Assembly: GCA_050013255.1 (NCBI GenBank)
Contig: JBEKFP010000002.1
Location: 544,001-608,000 of the forward strand
Length of the DNA stretch: 64,000 nucleotides
Reading direction: 5' to 3'
Source: Candidatus Bathyarchaeia archaeon
GTDB taxonomy: Archaea; Thermoproteota; Bathyarchaeia; 40CM-2-53-6
Below the pieces are notes generated by a model. The model had not been told where the DNA came from. It did not search any database and saw only the letters and a list, made by a program, of their open reading frames with translations. Position 1 is the first letter of the stretch. Every line of letters starts with the position of its first letter. Shown here in pieces: positions 19,917 through 29,937 of this stretch. A program made the position numbers and the translations under genes.

Positions 19917-20054
19917 TCATAGTTGCTTAGTCTTGAAGTATTCTCCTAGTACGGCTCTTACTGCTTCTGGGATGGATTCTAGTTTTCGTGCTTTGCGTTC
20001 TTGGTCTAGTGCCTTTACCATTTCATCGGACATGGCTACCATTATCTTGTTCAT
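19917..20054 (-). CDS. Ribbon-helix-helix (CopG-like) protein
   Basis: MNKIMVAMSDEMVKALDQERKARKLESIPEAVRAVLGEYF. Confidence 0.75.
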   Translation of the reverse strand: MNKIMVAMSDEMVKALDQERKARKLESIPEAVRAVLGEYFKTKQL

Positions 20055-20296
20055 TGCCAAGTTTGACACGCTACCATTGTAGCGCAGCTCAGAATGGGGG
20101 AATCTGCCAAAATCTAGCGATCTAAACGCTTGGCAGCTAAAAAAGGCCAAATAGACAGGATTCGGCATTCTGGTTCACGCTGGAATCAAAAAGCCTCTCT
20201 TATCCTCCTAAATTGAACTTCCTTACGTAAATACGGCTTAACTTAGCACTCCAGGCAGGATTCTGCTAGCAACGGTGTGCTCTAGAGGACATATTC

Positions 20297-21634
20297 TTGA
20301 AAGCCGTCTTATCGATAGCGTTACTGGTTCTCATCTCCGCGATCTTTCTGCCCGCTGCGATGGGTTACATTTCTCCCACAACTACGAGCAGTCATCTCCA
20401 GGCAACTAATCCGTTAACGGTATGGTTTAATGGCGCTTTTCAATTGACCTTGGCGTATCCACCAGCGTATGAGTTCAATGTAGCGGCTAATACTGCTTCT
20501 GGGCTCTGGATAACGAGTCTACACTGGGACTTTGGAGACGGCGCCACCCGTGATGTTTCCTTCTCAGGTCAAAGCCAAGTTAGCGACATAGAAGACCACC
20601 AGTACTCAAGCCAAGGAAACTTCTGTGTTACCGTTACGGCGTACGACAGCGCGGGGAACGTGGCAAGCGTTAGTCAACCCCTGATGACAAATTATGATTT
20701 CACGTTGACGGCGACTCCGGCTGCGCAGAACGTTACACCAGGAGCATCTGCTACTTACAATGTAATCGTTGGACAATGGCCACTGGCGTGTGGTAGCGGA
20801 GTGTCCGTCAGCCTAGCCATATCCTCCCCGGCTCCACAAGGAGTTACGTGGACACTGAATCCTGCCTCCGGAAAGACACCTTTCACTTCCACCCTTAAGG
20901 TACAGACAGCAACTACGACACCTACCGGAACCTACACGATTAACATCGTTGGAACTAGCTCCAACCTAGCGCACACAACGACAGTAAATCTCGTCGTGGG
21001 TCAACCATACTTTGCGCTCTCCGCCGCTCCAAGTTCGTTGTTCGTGCCCCCCCAACCAAACGCGCAACCGGGGATAATGAATACGACCACGGTGACGGTT
21101 CAGTCCTTCAATGGGTTCAACAGCCCGGTGACCCTTACCGATTCGGGACTACCAAATGGAATGACGGCATACTTCCTTCCACCAACAATTACGCCTCCCC
21201 CGAACGGACAAGTTGCGACTCTGCTTACATTCACGACCCCATGCAGTGTATCCCCTGGATCGTACGTAATAGTCGTTCAAGGAACTGGCGGCGGAGTAAC
21301 GAGGCAGGTGAATGTCAACCTTACAGTTGCTTCCTGTGCTGCGGCGCAAGGCTCCGGAGGTTTCGGAATTTGGCCATGGATCATAGGAGGGGTACTTGGA
21401 TTGCTCATTCTTCTCCCAATCCTTCTCATCCTTCTCTACATGCGGAGACCAGTTCTCGCTCCTGCAGTCGTTCCAGCTCCCGCGGTGGTTCCAGCAGTCG
21501 TTCTTTTCCCCGTCCCTGTCACACCTATTCCGCCTCCGCCGGCAATTGCAACAATGCCTTGCCCTGTTTGTGGCAACCCTATGAGACCTGTAGAGGTGAG
21601 ATGGTATTGCGACCTCTGCCAGAGATACGTGTGA
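20297..21634 (+). CDS. Cell-surface PKD/Ig-repeat protein with TM, Pro-rich linker and C-terminal Zn ribbon
   Basis: Signal peptide; WDFGDG; two TP.G.Y.I...GT repeats; CPVC..CDLC. Confidence 0.85.
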   Translation: MKAVLSIALLVLISAIFLPAAMGYISPTTTSSHLQATNPLTVWFNGAFQLTLAYPPAYEFNVAANTASGLWITSLHWDFGDGATRDVSFSGQSQVSDIEDHQYSSQGNFCVTVTAYDSAGNVASVSQPLMTNYDFTLTATPAAQNVTPGASATYNVIVGQWPLACGSGVSVSLAISSPAPQGVTWTLNPASGKTPFTSTLKVQTATTTPTGTYTINIVGTSSNLAHTTTVNLVVGQPYFALSAAPSSLFVPPQPNAQPGIMNTTTVTVQSFNGFNSPVTLTDSGLPNGMTAYFLPPTITPPPNGQVATLLTFTTPCSVSPGSYVIVVQGTGGGVTRQVNVNLTVASCAAAQGSGGFGIWPWIIGGVLGLLILLPILLILLYMRRPVLAPAVVPAPAVVPAVVLFPVPVTPIPPPPAIATMPCPVCGNPMRPVEVRWYCDLCQRYV

Positions 21635-21735
21635 ATCCATCCCAAATAGTCCCCCTCGCCATCCACTTCTTGGGCGTTTTGGACGCCCGCCTTTTCTAAT
21701 GAAGTAGCAGTGGAAAAGTTAGAGACAGTTCTATC

Positions 21736-21805
21736 TTTGCTGTTACCTCTTCGGTTGACCAGGTTCGTTCAGTTTGGGGGTTTTGGCTGTTACTTTTTGG
21801 TTGGT
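21736..21805 (+). repeat. Eroded copy of the 15197 transposon end
   Basis: CTGTTACCTCTTCGGTTGACC...GGGGTTTTGGCTGTTAC with the same 47-bp spacing as 15201/15248; terminal GG lost. Confidence 0.75.
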
Positions 21806-22074
21806 GGAAGTAACTTGCAATCAGGATACTCCGAAGTTAGAGGGAAGAACTTAGTCTACAAGCTTAGATGCTTTCTTAAAAAGCCAAAGCGCCCCTAAAG
21901 CTTGAAGCGGCAGCGACACCCATACCATTAACATTACGAGACTCATTTGTAGGTTCTCTGTGTCTACGTAGGATGATGTTGAGATAAGATCAACATCCAG
22001 TTCTCTTGGAAGCATTGTTTACTTGTGAGCCAGCTATTGTCACAAGTAGTCACATGTAGCAACAGCTGTTAGAG

Positions 22075-22362
22075 TTACTTTTGACTTGCGTTCTGGATAA
22101 GAGTTAGCCATTTATCTTTTCCCTTAACTTTGATTCCAGCAACTTCGGCTGGTGTTTGTCCATCTAGGCCCATGTGTGGTCGTATGTAGTTGTGGAAGAT
22201 TTGGCAACCCGTTAGGATTGGGCTGTCTCCTTTCTTCAAGGAACGCATGACCTTTTCTCTGTCGCGGATTTCTCCGTTCATTTGTTCCGTCTTATTATTG
22301 TGAACGCTTCCATCAATGCGAATGTCTTGAACATGCTCAAGTGCGAGGGCTTTCTTTTCCCT
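22075..22362 (-). pseudogene. IS6 transposase 3' remnant
   Basis: KALALEHVQDIRIDGSVHNNKTEQMNGEIRDREKVMRSLKK...WLTLIQNASQK, closely similar to the C-terminus of the 16130 ORF. Confidence 0.88.
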
Positions 22363-22428
22363 CCCTTCTTTTCCTTCTGCCCTTTGCTGTTACATGTCGG
22401 GACTTCGGCTCACACTATAGATTGGAGG

Positions 22429-22896
22429 CTACATTTTCGAGGTGGTTGGTGGCTTCCAAGTCAAAGCGAGTATTCCACCGAGAACTCCGAGGACCAAGCC
22501 TACTCCGAAGCCTGCCATAGCACTGCCAAATATGCTCAGAACCGAGAAGATTAGGATGAGCAGCCCCCATTTTGAGTGGTCAATTGGGTTGTTGTAGAGC
22601 ATTAGGCTGCTGACCATGACCACAATTCCGAACACTATGCCCGCAAGGCCGAATATTCCACCGAACCCGTATCCTCCCATCATTCCGAACCCGGGACCAT
22701 ACGAGTATCGGCCCATCATCCCCCATCCATATCCACCGTATCCTCCATACCCTGAATAGCCATTCATCATCCCGCCAAACCCGAACGGCCCCACCATTGA
22801 CATCATTCCTCCCCCCAACAGAATGAAGATGCCCCCAATCAGTGAGAGCACGAAAGCAATCGTAGGTTTCTCTTCTGCTGACATGTTTGGTTTCAC
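22429..22896 (-). CDS. 4-TM protein with Gly/Met/Tyr-rich loop
   Basis: KPTIAFVLSLIGG, GMMG repeats, GGILALTWKP. Confidence 0.75.
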   Translation of the reverse strand: MKPNMSAEEKPTIAFVLSLIGGIFILLGGGMMSMVGPFGFGGMMNGYSGYGGYGGYGWGMMGRYSYGPGFGMMGGYGFGGIFGLAGIVFGIVVMVSSLMLYNNPIDHSKWGLLILIFSVLSIFGSAMAGFGVGLVLGVLGGILALTWKPPTTSKM

Positions 22897-23067
22897 TGGC
22901 TGCTAAAGCCTAGCTCAGGTTTCCATCTGACCCTGAGGGTTTATAGTTTTCGTGTGTGAATGGATGAAAAGTCTCTAGTCTGGTTGCGTGTAGGTTCTCC
23001 GCGGTTTCAGATACAGTTCATCGGCTCGCGAAGTATCGCTTACTTGAGGCTGAATCTGCTCTGAAGA

Positions 23068-23118
23068 GATTCTGTTACATCCTAGGGACACGGGAAAAGG
23101 TGTTACAAAACGGGACAT
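23068..23118 (+). repeat. IS6-like end, GGGACA type
   Basis: GATTCTGTTACATCCTAGGGACAC plus GTGTTACAAAACGGGACAT; aligns with the 18927 end. Confidence 0.55.
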
Positions 23119-23180
23119 TTTCAATTAGCCGGATGGCTTAAAGATGGTTTTCTGACACCCGTGATCCAAAAAACAATGTA

Positions 23181-23813
23181 TTATCTTCCTCTCCTAATTG
23201 ATGCGGTTTTTGGTGGCCTCGCAATCGTATGGATGTTAATGGAAAGTGGCAGCTTTGCGATGGTTAAGCCCACGGGGCAAGTCTGGGGGTCTACTGGAAT
23301 AGTGGTGTTAATTGTTCGGCTTACCGTCTCACCGAGTTCTAAAACGAATACGGAAATTGTGATACTAGCGGCTGTGATTCTAACGTTTGTGGATAAGGTA
23401 CCTCCATGTAATGCGATGGCGAACGCGCGATTAGGTGCTGTAAACATTTGGGTGTCATACGGATGAGTTCTGTTGGCATAAATGGTTGTCCCGTTAGAGA
23501 AGGTTAGTGCGTCGTACGTGATAGATGAATTAACCATGTGAACTGATTCATTGAGACGGTTCACGAAATTTGTGAGCAAAACCGGAAAGGGAGGAGAAGT
23601 CGCATTCCTCCAGCAGATGTACGTATCAACTAAACTGAAATCACTGTCGTGGAGTGGTATGTACGTCGAAGTTGCTGTCGTCGGTATGCTTGGTGGCGAC
23701 TCATAGTATGAATAATAAATGTACCAAGAGATGAAAACAACAATGCCCAGTAAGGCTATGGCTTTCCCATATTTGAGATAGCTACGTTTCTTCGTTTTTT
23801 CCGAGGTACTCAC
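23181..23813 (-). CDS. Membrane-anchored exported Thr-rich protein
   Basis: Basic N-terminus, single TM, several N-x-S/T sequons. Confidence 0.65.
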   Translation of the reverse strand: MSTSEKTKKRSYLKYGKAIALLGIVVFISWYIYYSYYESPPSIPTTATSTYIPLHDSDFSLVDTYICWRNATSPPFPVLLTNFVNRLNESVHMVNSSITYDALTFSNGTTIYANRTHPYDTQMFTAPNRAFAIALHGGTLSTNVRITAASITISVFVLELGETVSRTINTTIPVDPQTCPVGLTIAKLPLSINIHTIARPPKTASIRRGR

Positions 23814-24041
23814 CTAGAATTACTACTCTAGCGGTTTCAGGTATCGTTCCTAACATACGTTTCTTACGTTCTTTCTCAAGAGTCTTCCCCCACGTCCTCA
23901 GTTATGGAGAGCATGAAACGCTTCATTGCCAACGGTTGCACCTATTGATTCCTATTGATTGATGGACTCCCTTGTGGAGAATATGCTCACTATGATTACG
24001 TCATCATCTTCACGAGACATATGGGGATTAGGTTATTTTGC

Positions 24042-24254
24042 CTACTTCTTACTTGCGTTCTGTATCAGTGTAAGCCATTTGTTCTCGCACTTGACCTGAA
24101 TTCCTGCCACTTCGGCTGGCGAGCTGCTGTTAAGTTCGTGTTTGGTGTTCAGGGCTGTCAAAAGTCGTTGGGTGGAGCTACTGTAGCTCTTTGAGGCCCT
24201 TGACGAGTTTTTCATAGTCTCTCTCTAATCTGCTGGTCAATCCAGAAGCGGGTT
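24042..24254 (-). pseudogene. Third, internally deleted IS6 transposase remnant
   Basis: Fragments TRFWIDQQIRE (~24221-24253) and PAEVAGIQVKCENKWLTLIQNASKK* (24042-24119). Confidence 0.8.
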
Positions 24255-24265
24255 TTATCGCTTCA

Positions 24266-25999
24266 CTACTGATGGGCAAAGTACAAAGTGGCAAGGTTAG
24301 GGGCGACTTTGTCCACCCTGCCGAAACCAAACCTGACGAATTGGATGACGGAGCCAACGGGTTCGGAGCAGAAGCCGCTCTCAACGAAACCGCGCTTAGT
24401 GGACGCATCAGGCATTACGACGTCAGCTGGAAGGGTTTGCTCAGCGGGAACCCACTGTAAGATCGGAGTGCTCTCGTGACCTTCGACGGTTTCGCCAAGA
24501 AATTCGGCCTTAAGTTCGCCATCCGAGAAATTGAGAGGCTTGACGTTGAACAGCCCCATCAATCGGATCATTTTGCCTGACTCGAGAATTTGCCTGTCGC
24601 TCCCTGCGAGGAAGAGGGAGGCTACGCCGTTCTGTGGCTGCAGTTTCAGGGTACGGGTTCCCATTTCTGGACGTTGCGGGTGAAGCGCGGCATGCACTTC
24701 GAAGACCTTCTCAACGCCACTGACGCTCGCCCTAATGGGGTCCGGTACGAAGTAGTATCGGTGAGATGTTGAGTCGATGATTTTTCGGTTTAGAGCGTTG
24801 ATGTTGTCCCAGCTTATCGTCACGTCCACGGGTTTAGGGCCGACGTCCCATATGAGTTGTCTTATTGTTTCTGGGCTGAAACCCCGCCTTCTTAGTGCCG
24901 CTAATGTTCCGAGCCTTGGATCATCGATACCTTCGTATTCGCCTGATTCAACACCTTTCATAAGTTTGGATTTGCTGAGTTCCATTCCTTCAACCTTGAG
25001 CCGTCCGTAATGAACAGCGTCCGGATACTTCCAGCCCAAGTGTTTGTACATGTAGATCTGGCGGGCCATGTTTGTGAGGTGTTCTTTTCCTCGGATCACG
25101 TGCGTTATGCCCAGGGTGTGGTCGTCAACACCAGATGCCAGGTTGTAAAGCGGCCACACATGGAATCTTGATCCCACGCGGGGGTGGGGGTTCTTGTCTG
25201 TGTCTATGATTCGGAAGGCCGGCCAGTCCCTAATGGCTGGGTTAGGATGCGATAGGTCCGTCTTAACACGGACAACGGCTTCGCCCTCCTTGTACCCACC
25301 ATCGAGCATCTTCCTCCAACGTTTCGTTTGGGTGTCCGCATCCAACTCTCGGTCGGGGCAGGCGGAATTGCTGTTGACGAGTTCTCGAAATCGTTCTGGT
25401 TTGCATTCACAGACGTACGCGGCCCCTTTCGTGATAAGAGTTTGAGCTACCTCATAGTAGAGTGGAATTCGGTCGCTCTGGATGTACTCTTCGTCCCAGT
25501 TGCAGCCTAGCCACCTCAAATCTTCGCGGATGATGTCGTAGTATTTCAGTTGGGCTTTCTTGAGGCGGGGGTCAGTATCTTCGAACCTAACAATGAATTT
25601 CCCTTTATACATCTGAGCGTAGTCGTGGCTTAGGATAACGGCCCGCGCATTGCCTATGTGAAGGACGAAGTCGGGGTTAGGTGCAATACGCGTCACTATG
25701 AGCGAATACTTGTCGGCGTTTGGGAGGGGCGGCAGCTTTCTTTCCTCCTCAGGCCGTTCCTTAACCAGCTCCTCCGGCCACCGTTCCGTTGCTATGGCTG
25801 TAAGTTTCTCCAATGGCATAGAGTTAATTTCTTCAACGACTCCCCGCACTTGTGATGTTAGTTCCCTTGCCTTTGGTTTCAAGTCGGGATTTTCCCCGAG
25901 CAAGTTCCCGAGAACTGCGCCGGGTTCGGCTTTGCCATTATGCTTAATCGCATTGAGTATGGCAGCCTTCCTCATCTTCTCGGTTAGCTCGTTTGACAT
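24266..25999 (-). CDS. gltX: Glutamate--tRNA ligase
   Basis: RIAPNP..LHIGNAR, RFEDTD, LSKS. Confidence 0.96.
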   Translation of the reverse strand: MSNELTEKMRKAAILNAIKHNGKAEPGAVLGNLLGENPDLKPKARELTSQVRGVVEEINSMPLEKLTAIATERWPEELVKERPEEERKLPPLPNADKYSLIVTRIAPNPDFVLHIGNARAVILSHDYAQMYKGKFIVRFEDTDPRLKKAQLKYYDIIREDLRWLGCNWDEEYIQSDRIPLYYEVAQTLITKGAAYVCECKPERFRELVNSNSACPDRELDADTQTKRWRKMLDGGYKEGEAVVRVKTDLSHPNPAIRDWPAFRIIDTDKNPHPRVGSRFHVWPLYNLASGVDDHTLGITHVIRGKEHLTNMARQIYMYKHLGWKYPDAVHYGRLKVEGMELSKSKLMKGVESGEYEGIDDPRLGTLAALRRRGFSPETIRQLIWDVGPKPVDVTISWDNINALNRKIIDSTSHRYYFVPDPIRASVSGVEKVFEVHAALHPQRPEMGTRTLKLQPQNGVASLFLAGSDRQILESGKMIRLMGLFNVKPLNFSDGELKAEFLGETVEGHESTPILQWVPAEQTLPADVVMPDASTKRGFVESGFCSEPVGSVIQFVRFGFGRVDKVAPNLATLYFAHQ

Positions 26000-26032
26000 T
26001 TCAAAAGCACTCTCGAGGGATCGGTTCCGCTT

Positions 26033-27010
26033 CTAGAAGAGATGGTCTTCGATTGTGCGAGCTGGCCCTCCGACTTTGCTCTTGAGGACTGGAAAGTTCG
26101 TGTACTCGCGAATTTCTGCGCAAACGGCATCGATGGATTCCGTCTTGGTATTGATGTAGACCGAAGGGCCTGTGTCAAGTGAATACCAAACTGGGATGTG
26201 TTGGCTTTCCCTCAGGGCTACTATTCCCTGTATAATGCCAATTGTTTCCTGAGCCATGAGAATGAGCCCGCTCTTCCCGGTCATTGTAACGGCGTGTAGA
26301 CTGAGTGATTCCGCTTCTGCGAGTCGACCGATTTCGTCGACCTCTCCGGACTTGATGGCTCTCTGCATTCTCCGCAAAACATTCCCTACCTCCTTCAACC
26401 TGGCAGAGAAGAAAGGTGATGTGACTGATTCTTCATGGGCCATGTCAGTTCTGACTTGTGAGGGTACGGGAACAATCGCCATGGCTAGATTCAGATTCTT
26501 ACTTGTTGGTAGTTGTTCTGCATATGAGCTGCCGTACTTGTTGGCGTACCAAATTGAGAAGCCGCCAACAAGGCTTCGGCTTGCTGATCCTGCCCCGAGT
26601 CGGGCGATTTCGCTGAGGCGTTCCGGTTGCATTTTCAGGTTCAAGGCTGAGCTTGAAGCTTGAGCGATGGATGCGAAAGCCGACGCTGAGAATCCAAGGC
26701 CTTTCCCTTTGGGAAGGTTGTTCTTGCTTGAGAGTTTGAAGTGCTCCTTAGTTTTCGCAAGCGTTCTCAGCGGTGAGACCACGGCCAGTACTCGGGCGGC
26801 TTCCGTGTCGTTGGCGTGGTTACCGTTTATCTCAATGGCATCCTGCTTGTGTTCGCTACTAAATTCGATAGTCGCTTTTGTAGTTAGCTCTTCAACGCAG
26901 ACCGATATGCTATCATGGTATGGGATTCTTCGTTTGCTGTCCTTTAGCCCATGATATTTCACGAGGCCCTGAATCGCGTGCGCTATTGCAGTTGCTTTAG
27001 CCAAGATCAA
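26033..27010 (-). CDS. mvaD: (Di)phosphomevalonate decarboxylase, haloarchaeal PMD-like
   Basis: ATAIAHAIQGLVKYHG, PYHDSISV, GHMP GLGFSAS, SASRS, DTGPS. Confidence 0.88.
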   Translation of the reverse strand: MILAKATAIAHAIQGLVKYHGLKDSKRRIPYHDSISVCVEELTTKATIEFSSEHKQDAIEINGNHANDTEAARVLAVVSPLRTLAKTKEHFKLSSKNNLPKGKGLGFSASAFASIAQASSSALNLKMQPERLSEIARLGAGSASRSLVGGFSIWYANKYGSSYAEQLPTSKNLNLAMAIVPVPSQVRTDMAHEESVTSPFFSARLKEVGNVLRRMQRAIKSGEVDEIGRLAEAESLSLHAVTMTGKSGLILMAQETIGIIQGIVALRESQHIPVWYSLDTGPSVYINTKTESIDAVCAEIREYTNFPVLKSKVGGPARTIEDHLF

Positions 27011-27028
27011 AAGCCAACCAAATGTGGG

Positions 27029-28099
27029 TCACTCAATCACGCCTGTGAGCTTTGCGACCCTTTCTGCGGCCTCCTTAGTAAGGCCGGTTTCCCCCAGAAT
27101 TGTGTAGCGTTCAGGCCTGATGGAATGGGCCATGGTTAACGCCTTTATGATATATTCGGGTTGGATTTCAAGTTCCTTCGCGGTTGTAGGGCCACCTATT
27201 GTGTGAAGGACATTCTTGATTAGTTGCCAGTTGGCCCCATGCAGGTAAGCGCACATTATCGTCCCGACCCCGCATTGTTCGCCGTGAAGCGCCGGTTTGG
27301 GGGCAATCATCGCTAATGCATGGCTGAACAGATGCTCTGCACCGCTGCAAGGCCGGCTGGTACCGGCAATACTCATGGCAACCCCACAGCTAATCAATCC
27401 CTCAACGAGGGTCTGGACTCCTGAGTTTGACATCGTTCGTATGCTGCTTGCGTTCTTCATTACTAGGCGCGCGCTCATGAGCGCAAGCTCAGCCGCATAA
27501 TCTCCGTAATACTCATTTTTGATTCTGTGGGCAAGCTTCCAATCTCGAACCGCAGTATACTTCGCGACTACGTCGCCACATCCGCTTCTGATGAGTGGAT
27601 AGGGGGACTTGGAAATTATCGAAATGTCAGCGACTATTGCAATGGGTGCATGTGCGACGTATGAGTAGGGTCTGTCCAACCCTTTCATGGAAACTAGTGG
27701 GCTTGCTATCCCGTCATGGGATGCTGCGGTTGGGACGCTTACGAACCTCGTCGAAGCCTTCATACTGCTCATTTTTGCGATATCAATGTCCTTCCCACCG
27801 CCAACCCCAACGACTATGTCAGGCTTGATCCTTCGAATTTCATTTTCTACTCGAGCGACCTCCTCGGTTGTTGCGTTATCTACAAGCATGGTTGAAGATT
27901 TGAAACCGGCGTTCTGTAGCGATTCTTGGATTGTTCCACCGGCAATCGATACGACCTTGTGGCCTGTGACGATTAACGCTGGCCCGTGAAAACCAAGACG
28001 GATGAGTATTTCACCAATTGAAGGCGCGACGTTATTCCCAATCAAAACCTCCCTCGGCAGTTGCATGTAATGCGAATCGCGGGAAATGGCCGGGATCAT
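27029..28099 (-). CDS. egsA: sn-glycerol-1-phosphate dehydrogenase
   Basis: GVGGGKDID, PTAASHDGIAS, SGAEHLFSH, LHGEQCG. Confidence 0.95.
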   Translation of the reverse strand: MIPAISRDSHYMQLPREVLIGNNVAPSIGEILIRLGFHGPALIVTGHKVVSIAGGTIQESLQNAGFKSSTMLVDNATTEEVARVENEIRRIKPDIVVGVGGGKDIDIAKMSSMKASTRFVSVPTAASHDGIASPLVSMKGLDRPYSYVAHAPIAIVADISIISKSPYPLIRSGCGDVVAKYTAVRDWKLAHRIKNEYYGDYAAELALMSARLVMKNASSIRTMSNSGVQTLVEGLISCGVAMSIAGTSRPCSGAEHLFSHALAMIAPKPALHGEQCGVGTIMCAYLHGANWQLIKNVLHTIGGPTTAKELEIQPEYIIKALTMAHSIRPERYTILGETGLTKEAAERVAKLTGVIE

Positions 28100-28102
28100 G
28101 GT

Positions 28103-29917
28103 CTACACCAAGAAGAGTAATGACAGAACGGTTATTGCAACGACAATCGGGAAGAGGGTGAGCGCGGTTAGTTTTGATATCCTGTAAACAAGGCCCATGA
28201 CGCGACGAAGCGACTTTGATCCAAGCGTGGTTACAATGATTTGGCCGGAAACTGCCCCAACCTCACAAGTCTCCAAGTTGGCTAACGCTTCGCGGCAAGC
28301 TTCGGTGACCTCGCCGAGCAGATGAGTCCTTGGCACTGCTTCGCCTACCGTGTGGTATCCTAGGCGGGCAGAAACGATTCCATTCACCATATGTGTATCA
28401 GAGGTCATGACTTCTCCATCATCAAATCCAACGGCTTTGATGGCGCTTAAAATCTCCTCCCTAAGGCCTGTGACCATGTTGTTTCCATCTACGTTCACGT
28501 AGGCGAACCGTTGTCCGGAGACTTCGATTCCCATTACACTAATCCCGCTAGGGCCAAATCCATCCTTTAACGTACACCCCGCGGGCATTTTGCGAGCCAC
28601 ACCTACCCTGAACGGGCTCACCGGCTCTTCGGCGGTAACTTGTAGACTTGATAACGCCGCTTCTTCTAAGGCCCCAATCTTTTGCGAAGTCATGGTCGTG
28701 GGACCGGTTAGGGAGTTATGGGCGTCAACTAACGCCAAATGCCGGAACCTTCCATGAGTGAGGCCTGACAACCTGTGGGAGACCTCGGACGGAACATCTT
28801 CCATATCGTAAGGGGAAGTGGTCATCGTTACGAGGGCGCACCCGTCGAAGGCTTGGGAAGTGGCTGTGGCAATTTCGTTACTCATTCTCGTTACCCTGCT
28901 GGCGCTACCATCGTAACGCGCATGCTCCAAACCTTCAAGTACCCACCGAATAATTCTAGCGTTCTGTTCTTGAGAAACCAAGTTCAATTCGTGGCCTGAA
29001 ACCCCGTGTGGAACGAGGGTCACCGCATTGAACCTTCTGCTCATCACGGAATGCATGAGGTACGGGAGAACGCTGCTACCGACGTTCAAGAAAGGCCCAG
29101 GGTGAAAGTTAGAGACAAACATAACACCCTTGACATTATCGGAACCTTTCTTGCGAAACGCAAGAGCGGTCGCTTCAATTTCGGCCTCAACGCCCAGCTC
29201 ATTCAGGTAAGACTCAATTTCACGGTTTTCACTCTCAAGCCAATCTGTCAGAAACGCCCTAAACATGCGGATAGGCGAGAAGCCTATGGCTCGCCGTCCA
29301 TAAACCTCAACGACGGCGATCAAAGCAAAAGCGAATGTTAGCCCCACAATCGAAGACAGTACCAAACCAGTCGCCATCCGAGCATACGGCAGACCGAACA
29401 CGGCGACCACTGAGAGGACGGTTAGGCTCGGTTCCATGAGCGTGAAGAGAGTTCTCTTAGCGAAGCTAGATCTGGACATTGAAAATATTGCGAGGGCACG
29501 CGGTGGGATAACCGCGAACAGCCCCAGTATGACAGCGAAATCAGGGAAAATGAACCTCCCATCCAAGATCGCTACGAAAGCAGAGAACAAGAAAATCAAC
29601 ACCCAGGTAGTTGTGGTGAAAAACGAGAGCGCCAGGCACCTTCTCAGATAGAACAATGGATCCTCCTTCATTATCGTGAAATACAGGATGATATCAGACG
29701 CAAAAGATGGCAGGGTGAAGGCAATAACTCCCCACGCCGCGCCAAATAGAAAGGATGCCATTCCACGCTCGACCAATGAGAAGGACAGACCGAATCCGAA
29801 GGTCGTGAAAAATATCGAGGCGATGACGATAGTTCTGGTCGATGGAAAGGCGAAACGCCTGATAAAATTATAGTAAGGGGTTGTCCCCCTGATGCGTTTG
29901 GAGAAGGAACGAGCCAA
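28103..29917 (-). CDS. DUF2070 family membrane protein
   Basis: HPGPF, PHG..GHELN, DAHN, DGNNM, TSDTH. Confidence 0.85.
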   Translation of the reverse strand: MARSFSKRIRGTTPYYNFIRRFAFPSTRTIVIASIFFTTFGFGLSFSLVERGMASFLFGAAWGVIAFTLPSFASDIILYFTIMKEDPLFYLRRCLALSFFTTTTWVLIFLFSAFVAILDGRFIFPDFAVILGLFAVIPPRALAIFSMSRSSFAKRTLFTLMEPSLTVLSVVAVFGLPYARMATGLVLSSIVGLTFAFALIAVVEVYGRRAIGFSPIRMFRAFLTDWLESENREIESYLNELGVEAEIEATALAFRKKGSDNVKGVMFVSNFHPGPFLNVGSSVLPYLMHSVMSRRFNAVTLVPHGVSGHELNLVSQEQNARIIRWVLEGLEHARYDGSASRVTRMSNEIATATSQAFDGCALVTMTTSPYDMEDVPSEVSHRLSGLTHGRFRHLALVDAHNSLTGPTTMTSQKIGALEEAALSSLQVTAEEPVSPFRVGVARKMPAGCTLKDGFGPSGISVMGIEVSGQRFAYVNVDGNNMVTGLREEILSAIKAVGFDDGEVMTSDTHMVNGIVSARLGYHTVGEAVPRTHLLGEVTEACREALANLETCEVGAVSGQIIVTTLGSKSLRRVMGLVYRISKLTALTLFPIVVAITVLSLLFLV

Positions 29918-29937
29918 GAGGCTTCCTCAGCTAGAGT

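Noticed and set aside
15197-23118. Reading the GTTAC/GTAAC repeats as integron attC sites or a CRISPR array
   Set aside because: Sub-repeats within each site are direct rather than hairpin-forming, spacing is irregular, and no integrase or cas gene is present; IS6-type ends with an 8-bp TSD explain them better
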